In this document: piece after piece, positions 18,380 to 28,922 of the stretch
How positions within the stretch are numbered: the stretch's first letter is position 1
Layout: each line of letters starts with the position of its first letter
Assembly: GCA_964394075.1 (NCBI GenBank)
Contig: CAYMVI010000002.1
Coordinates: 95,234-159,233, forward strand
DNA from: an uncultured Eubacteriales bacterium
GTDB lineage: Bacteria; Bacillota; Clostridia; TANB77; UBA1234
DNA length: 64,000 nt
Reading direction: 5' to 3'
Notes under the pieces: generated by a model
What the model saw: only the letters and a program-made list of their open reading frames with translations
What the model was told of the DNA's origin: nothing
The model's database searches: none
Translations under genes and position numbers: made by a program

Positions 18380-20161
18380 TTAAATAATATCTTTTTCTAG
18401 TTCTTCATATAACCTTTGTCCTATATCATCTTCTAATCCTTGTTGGATATAATACTCTAGTACTGCCGTTGCTTCTTCTTTGCTGTATGTATTTCCTATT
18501 GCCTTGGCCACCGTTTGATAGTCTTGAGTTCTAGGAATATAGTCCAATCCGTATTCTTGATACTTCTTCTTCCATTCTTCATAACTAATACTTCCATTAG
18601 CAAAAAGGCTATCTATATAATCCATTTTTTCTTCATCATTCATATCAGCAATATCTGGATTTAATATCTTGTTTGCATCTGCTACTGTATAGCCTTGACT
18701 ACCTATCGCTTGCACAAACGCATCATAGTTTTTAGCATTGTCTCTTGCGAATATCAACATTTCTCTTTCAATGTCTTCACCTTCTGAATTGTCGTACATT
18801 ATTTGTAGTTGTTCTTTAAGTGCAGATGCACTCAAATCTCCATTGAATTTATACTTTGATGTAATTTCCCCACTAACGATATTATTTCCATTTTGAGTGT
18901 TATTTTGTTCATCTGAGCCACCATTCTCATAGTAGTAATCAATCGCTTTCTTTTGCTCGTATGTTTGTAGTTCTAATTGTGCTTTCACTTCTGCTAGTGC
19001 CATGTCTGTATATAGCTCGTTATATTTCTTTTCAGCTTCTTCTTGTGATGCACGGATTGACTCTCTTATAGCTGGCGAAAGTATTCCAACTGGTACTCCT
19101 AAAGCTATAGATGCCTCATTATCTACATATCCTAATTGGTTTACTCTGTTCCATTGATATTCTTTTTCATCTTTTTGTGCTTGATAATATTCTAGATTTA
19201 ATTGAACATTAGAAAGCCATCTGTTGTATTGTGTTTCTTCTAGTCCAATAACAAAAGATGCCATTGATTCTAGCCTGCTTAGGTTCTCATAAAATTCTTC
19301 TTTTGCCATTTTGCGATAAGTCTCTTCCAGACTTGCAACTGTACTTGTTACGATTTGTGCTGTCATTGTAGAATCTAATATTCCTTTAGCATTCATGCTT
19401 TCATAGACAGTATTCATTGCGTGCTCTTGTGCTTTTACTAGAGCTTCATCATCGCTTGGATCATAAGTGAATCGCATCGTTAATAATTCATTTACAATTC
19501 CCTTTATTACGCTGTCATATTCGCTCTTATATTCAACACTCCCTAAATAACTAGCACTATTGTCTTGCTCTGGTGCTTTATAATTCACCATGTTTTTATA
19601 GTTTTGTAATTCTATTCCAATAGCTTCAGCTCCTGTATAATCACCACTATTTAAGGCATATGCGATTTTATTCTCGTAATCTTTTATCATGTTTGCTATT
19701 TTTTGATTTCTTAGGTTATTTAGTTCATATACGCTTGTTTTGTATATGGCATCATACCCGTTTGAGACTCTATATTGGTCTATCGCATTCAATGCATTTA
19801 TTTGTGCTTGATAATCGTTTATTTGAACACCATATTTATAGTCATTTATATAACCCTGCACTGTTGCATCTACAAAATCACTAGGCATTTGAACCGCAAC
19901 TGTGTTTCCTGTTGGTTGTGCAACTTCTGATGTATATGTTGCTTGTGGTTGTGTCGATATTGTTGGTGCTAGAGACAGCTCTTGGTTTGGTTGTGTTGTA
20001 TTTGGTTGAGCTGGTTGAGTGCTTTGGGTTTGTTCTGGCACTCCTGTTTGTGCATATGTTTGTGGTTGCACTTGATATGTTGTGTTTGCTTGCGTATTAC
20101 TTCTAACTTCTGTATTCGTTGTGTTAGGCATTTCTACATTAGCATTTTCAGTCTTTAACAT
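18380..20161 (-). CDS. 593-aa putative internal virion (core/ejection) protein.
   Basis: Position upstream of the giant protein, analogous to T7 gp14/15. Q/T-rich N-terminus. No recognised domain. Confidence 0.35.
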   Translation of the reverse strand: MLKTENANVEMPNTTNTEVRSNTQANTTYQVQPQTYAQTGVPEQTQSTQPAQPNTTQPNQELSLAPTISTQPQATYTSEVAQPTGNTVAVQMPSDFVDATVQGYINDYKYGVQINDYQAQINALNAIDQYRVSNGYDAIYKTSVYELNNLRNQKIANMIKDYENKIAYALNSGDYTGAEAIGIELQNYKNMVNYKAPEQDNSASYLGSVEYKSEYDSVIKGIVNELLTMRFTYDPSDDEALVKAQEHAMNTVYESMNAKGILDSTMTAQIVTSTVASLEETYRKMAKEEFYENLSRLESMASFVIGLEETQYNRWLSNVQLNLEYYQAQKDEKEYQWNRVNQLGYVDNEASIALGVPVGILSPAIRESIRASQEEAEKKYNELYTDMALAEVKAQLELQTYEQKKAIDYYYENGGSDEQNNTQNGNNIVSGEITSKYKFNGDLSASALKEQLQIMYDNSEGEDIEREMLIFARDNAKNYDAFVQAIGSQGYTVADANKILNPDIADMNDEEKMDYIDSLFANGSISYEEWKKKYQEYGLDYIPRTQDYQTVAKAIGNTYSKEEATAVLEYYIQQGLEDDIGQRLYEELEKDII

Positions 20162-20175
20162 TTCTTTTCCCCTTT

Positions 20176-20382
20176 CTAAAACAATTTAGACCAATAAAAA
20201 ACAGTCTCTCGTATATTTTCTTTTATTTGAAAAGGCTTACCATATAATTTGGTAAGCCCTTTGCTCCATTGTTCAACTGTTTCTTTCTGTGTGCTGTACT
20301 TTCTATAGTACGCACCATGTCTAGACATCAATATTCTGCTCCATTCATTTAATGTTTGTTCTGTGGTATCATATATCTTCAT
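20176..20382 (-). CDS. Small phage structural-module protein (68 aa).
   Basis: ORF tightly packed between structural genes. Confidence 0.3.
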   Translation of the reverse strand: MKIYDTTEQTLNEWSRILMSRHGAYYRKYSTQKETVEQWSKGLTKLYGKPFQIKENIRETVFYWSKLF

Positions 20383-22007
20383 TTAATTCGCCACTCTTTC
20401 TCTAGCAAGAAGAACTTAGCATCGCCTTCTCCTACAATTCGCACTGCCATTGCATTTACTTTCTGCATGTACATTCTAGGAACTATGAGTCTTTGTCTCT
20501 CGCCACCTTCATGGTAGTATTGGTTTGGTTTATCCATTTGGTGATTTCCAACACGCTTGGTTTCGCCTATTAAGATATAACGTTTTTCCAAAGCTTCTTC
20601 TTGCCATGGTTCTATATTAGTCCAGTGGTCGCTAACATATACCTTTGCTTCAGCATCTGCTTGTAACCATACATCTGTTAATGTTTTCTTATGTTTCACT
20701 GTACCTAATATCCACGTTTTTGTTTCAAATCCATACTTTACTTTCACATAATCACAATTTCTCGTAACTATATCGAATAGCAAGTCTTGGCCTGTTGGCT
20801 GAGTATTCATCATAACTATGTCGCCATTATATTTAGCACCAATTAGGAAATCACTTCTTGTGAATGCTCTTGTATTTGTATCTACATCATATCTTACAAT
20901 TTCGTTAAATTCGCCATCCTCAGCCCACCATACACGATTTCTCGTATCATATACTAGGATTGTGTCATTCTCGGCATCACTTAAAGGACTTCTTTGTACG
21001 ATAATATATAAATATGAATCGTAACTGGCCATTCTAATCTTGTCTAACGCTGACATGTGTATGCCGATATTCTTTATTCCACCATACGATGCGTAATTAT
21101 CTCCGCCGTGTGGTTCAGATACTCTTGTTACATACGAACCATTGTATCTATACACTTTCGTGTCTGTGTCCATCCAATATAGGCATCTATCACAAATGTT
21201 TACAGTATTTTGAGATATACAACCAATCCCATCATCTGCATCTACTAATGTAAATTGATTTACTTCTGCGTTAGGCGAATCACCATATAAGATGTGCCAA
21301 CTTCTCTCACAAAATATAATTAATTTGCCATCGTAAGGAATAAGAGCCACAATTTTTCCCTTTGAATTTGTGATGTTTATTTCTCCTGCCGTATTGATAG
21401 GATCATCTTCACTAATTTCAAAATTGTCATATTGTCTCAAGTTGCTAAACTTTAGACTTGTTCCATCTCCTACCCAAAGTCTGTTCTTATGACATGTAAC
21501 TATACCTGTGTTTTTATCTTCAGCAGTCTTTAATTCTCCACCTTCTGTATAGATATACTTGCTTAGTGGTGTTGAGATTATAATATACACGTTGTTTGCA
21601 TCTCTGCATTCACACATGCTGAGCTCTACAGAATATGGCACTGAGCCAACATACACTTTATCTAACATTCCGTTAGAATTATAAGTGTATTTGTACAGAT
21701 AACTGTCCGCTTCTGTATTCTGTGGTGTCCTTCTGTCCTCTATTGCATACAGAACCTTTGAAGATGATGTGAATAGCTTTTGAATTTTACCAGTCGCAAA
21801 GTCCGTTGTATCTTCCATATACCACGCTAAACTTATTCTACTATTTCTTACTGATAATGTTGGTGGATTCAATAACGCTACATTCCACATATACGCCATT
21901 TGATTATCTTCTATAAATGTCTTGTCATAGCAAGTATTTAGTCCACCTTGCAACGTTATTACATCTGATATAGATTTTCCACCAACCTTATTTAAAAATG
22001 GTTTCAT
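20379..22007 (-). CDS. 542-aa putative tail tubular/nozzle protein (T7 gp12-like position).
   Basis: Synteny after a ~220-aa protein and before internal proteins. Beta-rich composition. Assigned by position only. Confidence 0.35.
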   Translation of the reverse strand: MKPFLNKVGGKSISDVITLQGGLNTCYDKTFIEDNQMAYMWNVALLNPPTLSVRNSRISLAWYMEDTTDFATGKIQKLFTSSSKVLYAIEDRRTPQNTEADSYLYKYTYNSNGMLDKVYVGSVPYSVELSMCECRDANNVYIIISTPLSKYIYTEGGELKTAEDKNTGIVTCHKNRLWVGDGTSLKFSNLRQYDNFEISEDDPINTAGEINITNSKGKIVALIPYDGKLIIFCERSWHILYGDSPNAEVNQFTLVDADDGIGCISQNTVNICDRCLYWMDTDTKVYRYNGSYVTRVSEPHGGDNYASYGGIKNIGIHMSALDKIRMASYDSYLYIIVQRSPLSDAENDTILVYDTRNRVWWAEDGEFNEIVRYDVDTNTRAFTRSDFLIGAKYNGDIVMMNTQPTGQDLLFDIVTRNCDYVKVKYGFETKTWILGTVKHKKTLTDVWLQADAEAKVYVSDHWTNIEPWQEEALEKRYILIGETKRVGNHQMDKPNQYYHEGGERQRLIVPRMYMQKVNAMAVRIVGEGDAKFFLLEKEWRIK

Positions 22008-22675
22008 TAGAATCTCCCCCTTCTAATCCAAGATAAAGGCGGTTTTTTATTGTCTTTTGTCTTAGGATAAAAAGGAGCTCCATTAAATTTCTCGGCTTTT
22101 GTTTGTTCTAACAGATTGTTGTATTTTAACGAATAATTATTAGATATCTCGATGTCTGGATTACTTCCTGCAGATGCCATGTCGGCTACTATTGCATACA
22201 CTAATAAATCAATGTATTTATCATCTATCTCAATAGGATCATCTTTAGTCTTTACCGCTCTTGGCGTTTTCTTATAGAACAACTTTACTCTTTCGTTGTC
22301 CGATGTTGGAACTGGGAATAAACCAATAGTGTTTCCATATCCATTAAAATATCTAACACCTTCTATTATGTCTGCATCTCTTGACCACACACATCTCTTA
22401 GGTGTTTTTGGGTTGCCGAAGTCTCTTGTTACCTCTTCAATATTTCCTTGTTCACAATCTGATGGTAATTTATATAGAGCTTGTCCTGCTATAGCTTGGA
22501 TATCATACATGTCATCTAACAATACAAGTTTATTCATTCTGTTTAATGCACTATTAATATATTCAACAAAGCCTTCTTGTAATTTTGTTTCGTGTCCTAC
22601 TTCTGTTTCAAAAATGAAGCCGTTATTAGGGTATTCTTTATTTACCATGCTTGCTATTTGATACGCTGTATACAT
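22007..22675 (-). CDS. 222-aa putative tail tubular protein A or head-tail adaptor.
   Basis: Size and position analogous to T7 gp11. Start overlaps the upstream gene's stop (ATGA). Confidence 0.3.
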   Translation of the reverse strand: MYTAYQIASMVNKEYPNNGFIFETEVGHETKLQEGFVEYINSALNRMNKLVLLDDMYDIQAIAGQALYKLPSDCEQGNIEEVTRDFGNPKTPKRCVWSRDADIIEGVRYFNGYGNTIGLFPVPTSDNERVKLFYKKTPRAVKTKDDPIEIDDKYIDLLVYAIVADMASAGSNPDIEISNNYSLKYNNLLEQTKAEKFNGAPFYPKTKDNKKPPLSWIRRGRF

Positions 22676-23317
22676 TTATCTCACCCTCCAAACTACCTTT
22701 TTATCTATTAGTCCGCCACCATTCATTACTCCATAATGGATTCTTATTTTATGTGGCAATAATTCAACATTATGCAAATATACTGAATCGCTATCATCGG
22801 CTGTTAAAGGCACAATATCTAAAGGCACAATATCTAAAGCAAATATCTTGCCATCTAATAACACTAAACCATCAACCACATATAAAACATGCTCCATACC
22901 AAGCAGTAGAATTGCTTCTACACCGTTTTTTACTGGCACTTCTATATCAATATATCCTGCTTCTGAAGCTTCTTTACTTAATGTCTCTCCGCCTCTTTGA
23001 TATGGCATTTGGCAAGATATTTGGTATATTTTGATTTCATTTTCGCCATCATATATCTTTGCATAATCTGAATTGCCTAAGAATGTTACTTTGTCTAAAT
23101 CTAACAATGTACCAGTATAAAAATATGTACCTTCTGGAACAAATATATATTTTAGGCCTTTCTTTATGCTCTCATTGATTGCTACTTGTATATTCGCATA
23201 GTTATCTGTTTTGTTGTCGCCCACTGCCCCAAAATAAGTTAATGGCAACATACCAAACGCATCCATAAACGCTGTACCGTATTGTCTTAGTGCTATATAT
23301 CTTTCGTTTTCTTCCAT
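22676..23317 (-). CDS. Pectate-lyase-superfamily (right-handed beta-helix) tailspike/depolymerase N-terminal fragment, apparently truncated at 213 aa.
   Basis: GAVGDNKTDNYANIQVAINESIKKG...FVPEGTY matches the GAxGDGxTDDT..IQ.AI motif of pectate_lyase_3/GH28 tailspikes. The protein is far too short for a beta-helix. Contains the 15-bp tandem duplication encoding DIVPLDIVPL. Confidence 0.55.
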   Translation of the reverse strand: MEENERYIALRQYGTAFMDAFGMLPLTYFGAVGDNKTDNYANIQVAINESIKKGLKYIFVPEGTYFYTGTLLDLDKVTFLGNSDYAKIYDGENEIKIYQISCQMPYQRGGETLSKEASEAGYIDIEVPVKNGVEAILLLGMEHVLYVVDGLVLLDGKIFALDIVPLDIVPLTADDSDSVYLHNVELLPHKIRIHYGVMNGGGLIDKKVVWRVR

Positions 23318-23329
23318 GTAACATCCCTC

Positions 23330-23974
23330 CTATTTTCCAATCATTTTGTCTAAATTTTCTTCTATAAAAAATTTCAACCTTAGTATTTCATTTTTTTCAT
23401 TTGTGTTATAACTTGTACGACTATTTTCAACATATTGTATTCCTAAAAAACCAATAGGCTCTTTGTCTTTATTTTCTAATATTATGTCGTAAAAACCTTT
23501 AACACCTTGTTCTTTTTTTATGTTGTAGGCGCTTGGCATATTATCTTTTATATCTTCTATATCTAGAACATCCATTTCTTTATTGTTTATTAGGTTTTTG
23601 GTGAATCTAGGAATAGCACTAAGAGGTAGTGATTGAAGATACATTTGATAGCCTTTTACCCCAGTTCTCGTAACCTCATAAGTACAACTTGTTTTTAATG
23701 CACTTCTGCCATTCGCATAATGTCCACCATTGTGGAAATCATAAATCTGAACTCTATCTGCTTTTAGCAACTCTTTCATCTGCTCCATTCGTTGTATTAT
23801 TTCTGTGTCTAAGTTGCATTGTTTGTGAAGTTTTTTAGGTATTGTTTCTTGAATAGTCTTTTTAGCTTTAGCAGTTGTTACAATTAAAGTTGCACTAGCA
23901 GAAATAACAGAAGTCAAGCCTATTATAAACGCTGTTAATAATTCCATTATTCTATCACCCCACTTTCTATGCAC
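23330..23974 (-). CDS. Membrane-anchored 214-aa protein within the tail module.
   Basis: N-terminal TM/signal anchor LLTAFIIGLTSVISASATLIV. No recognised domain. Confidence 0.35.
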   Translation of the reverse strand: MHRKWGDRIMELLTAFIIGLTSVISASATLIVTTAKAKKTIQETIPKKLHKQCNLDTEIIQRMEQMKELLKADRVQIYDFHNGGHYANGRSALKTSCTYEVTRTGVKGYQMYLQSLPLSAIPRFTKNLINNKEMDVLDIEDIKDNMPSAYNIKKEQGVKGFYDIILENKDKEPIGFLGIQYVENSRTSYNTNEKNEILRLKFFIEENLDKMIGK

Positions 23975-24076
23975 TTAAGAAAGCTATATTGCAGTATTCT
24001 GTTACCGAAGATGTATTCCCTATATTTCCGCACTTCATTCTCATATTTTTAAATCTATCCATATGCTACACCACCT

Positions 24077-26572
24077 TTACGTTGCCATCGATAAGAACTT
24101 GTACCAATGAGAGTTGCTTATTACTGTACTATAATGTAGGCTACTTGCCAGTGCTGATTTGAATGTACTTGATGTAACCGCCTTAGCCATGAATGTTCCA
24201 GTACATTGTTTAATCATAAATTCGACCGCATTTGCATTCGCAAGCAATGTTGAAGCTTGGTTTATCAATGAGTCCATTGAGTCGGCAAGTATTCCAGCTT
24301 TTAGTGCAAGTGTTTGCCAATCATCATCTTTTAAGAAACCAGTAGCATACAAGTTGTGAGTAAAATCAGCAGCTGGATTTGTTAGCATAGGGCAAACATA
24401 CACCGAGCCACTATAACTTACTCCCGTTTTTATTCTCATTCCTTTTTCGTATGTATATGCACCATCAGATGTGTCTTGTTCTCCGACACTCGCAACGCCA
24501 GTACCATAACCAACACCGTTTGTGTTTGAACCATAGGCAAACGTAACACCCGCAAATGAACCCGTAGCTGTATTACTTTTGGATTTATATGCTTCAAACA
24601 CCGCAAACACTCCAGAATAACCCGTAAAGTCTACTGGGTTAGTTGATTGATAGTGAACATTACCGCCAGAAGATGAGCTTCTTGCCATGTAGATATTATT
24701 CTCGTTCTTAGTAAGTGTCGTTGGTTTTGTATAAGAGTTGCTACCAGTGTTATTTTCATAACCACCAGTTAATGCAGTACACTCATCGCCATAATCATAT
24801 AGCATTGTATAATTTACAATTTGTTCAAATGTTTCCGTTGGTTCTTCTGTTCCACCAGATGATGCACTTGAAAGTGTACCCGTAACTCCAAAGATTTTTA
24901 CACCTGCCTTGATATTTTCAGCAATTAAGTTACTATCTCCAGCAATCGTTACTTGTTTCATTCCAGAATATCCTGAATCTACCGATATAACTTGTTCTTC
25001 TGCTTGTGGTGTGGCAGATTTACTTTGTAAAGATAGTTTCGCTGTTACACTTGATAAACCATCATAACCTGCATCAGCTGTAACAGTTTGAGATTCTTCC
25101 GTTAACGTTATAGTCTTCGCTTGTAATGATGGATCTGGATAACTATATGTATCAAATAACTTTTTACCTTTTCCTAACTCACCTGCCATTATATCTTCAG
25201 ATACAACACCATATACACAATCTTGCTCTATTACATTTCCATCTACACACAGATATGCTAAATATTCTGCTGTACCATCTTTTGGAGCTAATTTGTATAC
25301 TTTTGTACCACTTCTATAAGAATCTTCTCCTTCTACATCAAAGTACCTTGAAGAAATAGTACCACCTGTATAAAGGTCGGTAGTTGGATCACTAATTCTT
25401 CTGATATTAGTATTATACAAAAAGTACTCTCCGTTTTTATCTACATAAGGTACATAAGTTGCTAAATATGTACCACCAGATAATTTCGCTAATTGTTCAT
25501 ATGTCATATCTACTGGATTAAACTTATATATATAAGCCTCTCGGTTGTCATTAGCAGTATAAGCTTGTCTCCCTAAATATCTAGCATTTTTAGAAAGTGC
25601 AAATGTATCAGTGTGCCATTTTCGCGTGCTTCCACTATTATAAGACAATATTGAAGTAATAGTTGCCGAAGTATGCGACACAAGTTCCCCATTATTTAAA
25701 ACATATTTATATGCTACAGATGATACATTAGCGGTGTAATATTTTCCATTATTAGAATAAATTACAATTAACGTGTTATTATCGTACCAAGCGATTGCAG
25801 TTTGAGAGGTTGTTCTCGCATTTATGTTACTATATGTTTCAAATATAGGATGTTTTACCACTGGTAAACTCTTAAATGATGAATCATAGTAATATATTGC
25901 TGTGCTATAATTAAATTTTTCTGTTCCTGCAGAATCTAAATAAGACATTCTAAATGTGTATATCAAATAATTCTTTGTTAAAATGAATCCTTTTATATAA
26001 GTTGTACGACCACTTGAATTAGCAATATGTCCTGTCGTTGAATACTCAGATGTTGTGAAGCTTCCAAATGAACAAGGCTCATCATAATACTTGGCTACTG
26101 CTGTTCTTTTACTTTTGTTCACTTCTATAACTAATATTCCGTTATAAAATCCATTTGAGTTTAGAATACCACCTATCATTATTAGACTTCCATCTTCATT
26201 AATTGAACTAAGTGAAGATGTTGAAAATGCTTCTGTTATGGAACTAGAATCTAATGGAACATCATATAAATCGTAACTGTTGTAATCATTTAAAAAGCCT
26301 ATTTGCACAGATTCAGTTCCATTTGCAATGTTCTGATTTACTAATCCCACACTTAAGTCTTCACTTATAATAGCCATATTACTATTATCATACGAAGCCG
26401 ACACTATCGTTGTTTCCGCCGATGCGTTTGCTATACCTTTGAATTTATCTCCAGTTTTTAAATTCTGCATTGCCTCTATTGTTACTTCTGCCCCCATAAT
26501 TTCAGGTTCACTTGTTTCTCCGTTTGAAGATTGAGCCCCAATTTTAGCCCTCATTTCATCGAACCTATCCAT
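24077..26572 (-). CDS. Tail fiber/receptor-binding protein (~831 aa).
   Basis: Likely start is ATG at 26570-26572 (MDRFDEM...), 2 nt from the upstream stop. S/T/G/Y-rich beta-type composition. C-terminal half typical of fibers. Confidence 0.5.
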   Translation of the reverse strand: MDRFDEMRAKIGAQSSNGETSEPEIMGAEVTIEAMQNLKTGDKFKGIANASAETTIVSASYDNSNMAIISEDLSVGLVNQNIANGTESVQIGFLNDYNSYDLYDVPLDSSSITEAFSTSSLSSINEDGSLIMIGGILNSNGFYNGILVIEVNKSKRTAVAKYYDEPCSFGSFTTSEYSTTGHIANSSGRTTYIKGFILTKNYLIYTFRMSYLDSAGTEKFNYSTAIYYYDSSFKSLPVVKHPIFETYSNINARTTSQTAIAWYDNNTLIVIYSNNGKYYTANVSSVAYKYVLNNGELVSHTSATITSILSYNSGSTRKWHTDTFALSKNARYLGRQAYTANDNREAYIYKFNPVDMTYEQLAKLSGGTYLATYVPYVDKNGEYFLYNTNIRRISDPTTDLYTGGTISSRYFDVEGEDSYRSGTKVYKLAPKDGTAEYLAYLCVDGNVIEQDCVYGVVSEDIMAGELGKGKKLFDTYSYPDPSLQAKTITLTEESQTVTADAGYDGLSSVTAKLSLQSKSATPQAEEQVISVDSGYSGMKQVTIAGDSNLIAENIKAGVKIFGVTGTLSSASSGGTEEPTETFEQIVNYTMLYDYGDECTALTGGYENNTGSNSYTKPTTLTKNENNIYMARSSSSGGNVHYQSTNPVDFTGYSGVFAVFEAYKSKSNTATGSFAGVTFAYGSNTNGVGYGTGVASVGEQDTSDGAYTYEKGMRIKTGVSYSGSVYVCPMLTNPAADFTHNLYATGFLKDDDWQTLALKAGILADSMDSLINQASTLLANANAVEFMIKQCTGTFMAKAVTSSTFKSALASSLHYSTVISNSHWYKFLSMAT

Positions 26573-26573
26573 G

Positions 26574-27929
26574 CTATACCACCTCCGTTGTTTCAATAGT
26601 TTTAGATAGAATCGCACCACTTGCTGAATAAGTGTAGTTATATGTATCAACGTAATTTATTGTTACACCATCTTTCTTATAAAAAGTTTCTACAAATGTT
26701 TGATAATATCCATTTTCATCTGGATTAGAAGCTTCTCTTTTTATTGCTAGAGTTCCATCTATTCTTTTGTACTCTTGATATGTTAGATTTCCTTTTTCAT
26801 CAGCAACACCATTTGCGATACTTAAATGTTCTAATGCTGTGAAGCGTGTAACATCTGCAGGCGGTGGATTTATTAATTGATGTGCTGAGATGCTATATTT
26901 ACCAGGCTTGTATATTGAAGGATATTCACCTGCTACATATGGCTCTAAACTTGGAGCATCTATATAGCATTCGCCTTTATTTCCGCCAACACATGTAAAT
27001 TCAACTCTTACATATGTTGTTGTGTCAAGCGGTGTAAACTTAACCATACATCTATATTTGTTCCAGTTAGCTTCATAAGGGAACTCAATAGCCGTTCCAC
27101 TTCCTAACTCTGCAAGCGATGAATCTAAGGCAGTTAAATTCAAATATTCATCATTATCTACATCATATATTCTAACTTTTACAGCATCGAATTTATGATA
27201 AAAGCATAAAATCGCATCATTTGTATCATAAGCACCTTTTAACCAATTCATATCTGATTGGTGTTGTGATGTTTGTTTCGCTGTTTCTCCAGCTAATAAT
27301 CTTAATGAATACGTTTCAAACATTGAAGCTTCTGCTGAAACTACACCGTTATCCCAACCTAAAGGTCTTAATGTTGTTCCATCAAATACTTCAAAGCTAG
27401 AATTATCAATCATGTTTTTAAATCTATAAAAATACTCTGGATTTATGATATTTTGTGGCTTTTCAACCAATGTTTCAGCCATATTTTGCTCTTTTTCTTC
27501 TCCTGTTTCTGGATCAACTACCGTTGGAAACTTTAATTCGCCGAGTTTATTAGCAAGCTCAGCATCTGTATACTCGTTAGCTTGTTGTACCGCTTTTTGC
27601 ACTGACTCTGTAACAATTCCACTTTTAGCTTGAGTTATAGCTTGATTCGCTATTTCTAATGCTCTTGTTGCGTTAATTGCTTCAGCGATTATTTTTCTTT
27701 TTGCTTCTGTTAGGTGTCTTACATCATCTTGTTTATGTGTATTCAAAGCTTTAAGAAGTTCTTCAATGTTCCCCAACAATATTTTCGCTTCTTCGCCTAA
27801 ATCTTCTAATAAAGCATACTCACTTGGAGCTCTACCGCCTAAATTAAGAGCGTTCCCTGCCAACTCTACTTCTGGTAGTGGTTGATTACTTCCAAATTGT
27901 TTTTGTATTATTTCTACATTTCTTGGCAT
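26574..27929 (-). CDS. Tail fiber protein (451 aa) with an N-terminal coiled coil and a C-terminal beta-sandwich-like domain.
   Basis: Position immediately after the capsid gene. Coiled-coil N-terminus (KILLGNIEELLKALNT...). Confidence 0.45.
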   Translation of the reverse strand: MPRNVEIIQKQFGSNQPLPEVELAGNALNLGGRAPSEYALLEDLGEEAKILLGNIEELLKALNTHKQDDVRHLTEAKRKIIAEAINATRALEIANQAITQAKSGIVTESVQKAVQQANEYTDAELANKLGELKFPTVVDPETGEEKEQNMAETLVEKPQNIINPEYFYRFKNMIDNSSFEVFDGTTLRPLGWDNGVVSAEASMFETYSLRLLAGETAKQTSQHQSDMNWLKGAYDTNDAILCFYHKFDAVKVRIYDVDNDEYLNLTALDSSLAELGSGTAIEFPYEANWNKYRCMVKFTPLDTTTYVRVEFTCVGGNKGECYIDAPSLEPYVAGEYPSIYKPGKYSISAHQLINPPPADVTRFTALEHLSIANGVADEKGNLTYQEYKRIDGTLAIKREASNPDENGYYQTFVETFYKKDGVTINYVDTYNYTYSASGAILSKTIETTEVV

Positions 27930-27991
27930 TTTCTTTCTCCTTTCTTAAAAAAAATAAGCCTACCACATCATGTAGTAGGCTTTTGTGTCGT

Positions 27992-28906
27992 TTAGGCAGT
28001 ATGTTTAACTCCGTATAGACCTCTCCAATCTCTATAACCAACACCCCAACGAGCTAATCCGAATACTCTTGTATCGTATGTTCCTTGGATTCTCTCTTTA
28101 TCGAAGATAGGTTGTTCTCTCCATAAGAAGATTAAGTTATCGATTGAACTATCTTTTAATACCCAAATGCCATTATCGAAATAGCTCATTTGATGTACTG
28201 TTAATGGAGCAACTTTACCAATAACGTTTTTATCGTTATTGTTTGTTCCTGGTACTAATGCAGAGTTAATCAATGTTAACGCTGTGAAATATAGGTCTGA
28301 AGCTACAAATAAACCATCAGCTTTTACTTGAATCTTAATACCTGTATTATCTGTTTGACCTGACATTGCTGTAATAGCTTTTGTCAAGTTAGTGTAGTTA
28401 AGTTCTGTATCAGTTTTAGTTGTGTTTGAACCTGTTCCACCATTTGTTAATGGGTGAGCTTCAGAGAACAATGGCACACCATCGTAACCAACATTATCAA
28501 AACCTTTGTTGATAATTTCAGCACTTGTGATTTCTTGCATTACTCTACAACCTCTACCTAACAATCTAGCTTCATCAGTAATTCCTTTACCTTTCATAAG
28601 CTTTTCTTTGTTATCGCTTACATATTCCCAAGTTACTTTGAATCCTTGGTCGAATCTTCTATTAACGATTGTGATTTCTAAGCCAATGCTTCTTTCAGCA
28701 ATGTTAATAGGTTGTCCTTCATAGTTCTCTTTCCAAATTGGTAAACCATTTAGTTCTCTGTATTTTTCATACGCACTATCTGATTCTTCAATTCTAAATA
28801 AGTTTGGATATTCAAGTGGTTTCTCTGCATATCCTTCGCCAATTATTCTTGAATAATTTGGCCATAAAAAGTCAAAATAATTTTCTCTATTCATTTCTTG
28901 TCCCAT
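27992..28906 (-). CDS. Major capsid protein.
   Basis: 304 aa, directly downstream of scaffold and the small head protein. RBS GGAGGGAATAAATCATG. Size and composition fit an HK97-fold coat protein. Confidence 0.6.
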   Translation of the reverse strand: MGQEMNRENYFDFLWPNYSRIIGEGYAEKPLEYPNLFRIEESDSAYEKYRELNGLPIWKENYEGQPINIAERSIGLEITIVNRRFDQGFKVTWEYVSDNKEKLMKGKGITDEARLLGRGCRVMQEITSAEIINKGFDNVGYDGVPLFSEAHPLTNGGTGSNTTKTDTELNYTNLTKAITAMSGQTDNTGIKIQVKADGLFVASDLYFTALTLINSALVPGTNNNDKNVIGKVAPLTVHQMSYFDNGIWVLKDSSIDNLIFLWREQPIFDKERIQGTYDTRVFGLARWGVGYRDWRGLYGVKHTA

Positions 28907-28922
28907 GATTTATTCCCTCCTT

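Noticed and set aside
22651-23034. 127-aa plus ORF with a KAQYLKAQYLK repeat
   Set aside because: It is antisense to the pectate-lyase-like gene. The repeat is the reverse-frame reading of the 15-bp tandem duplication.
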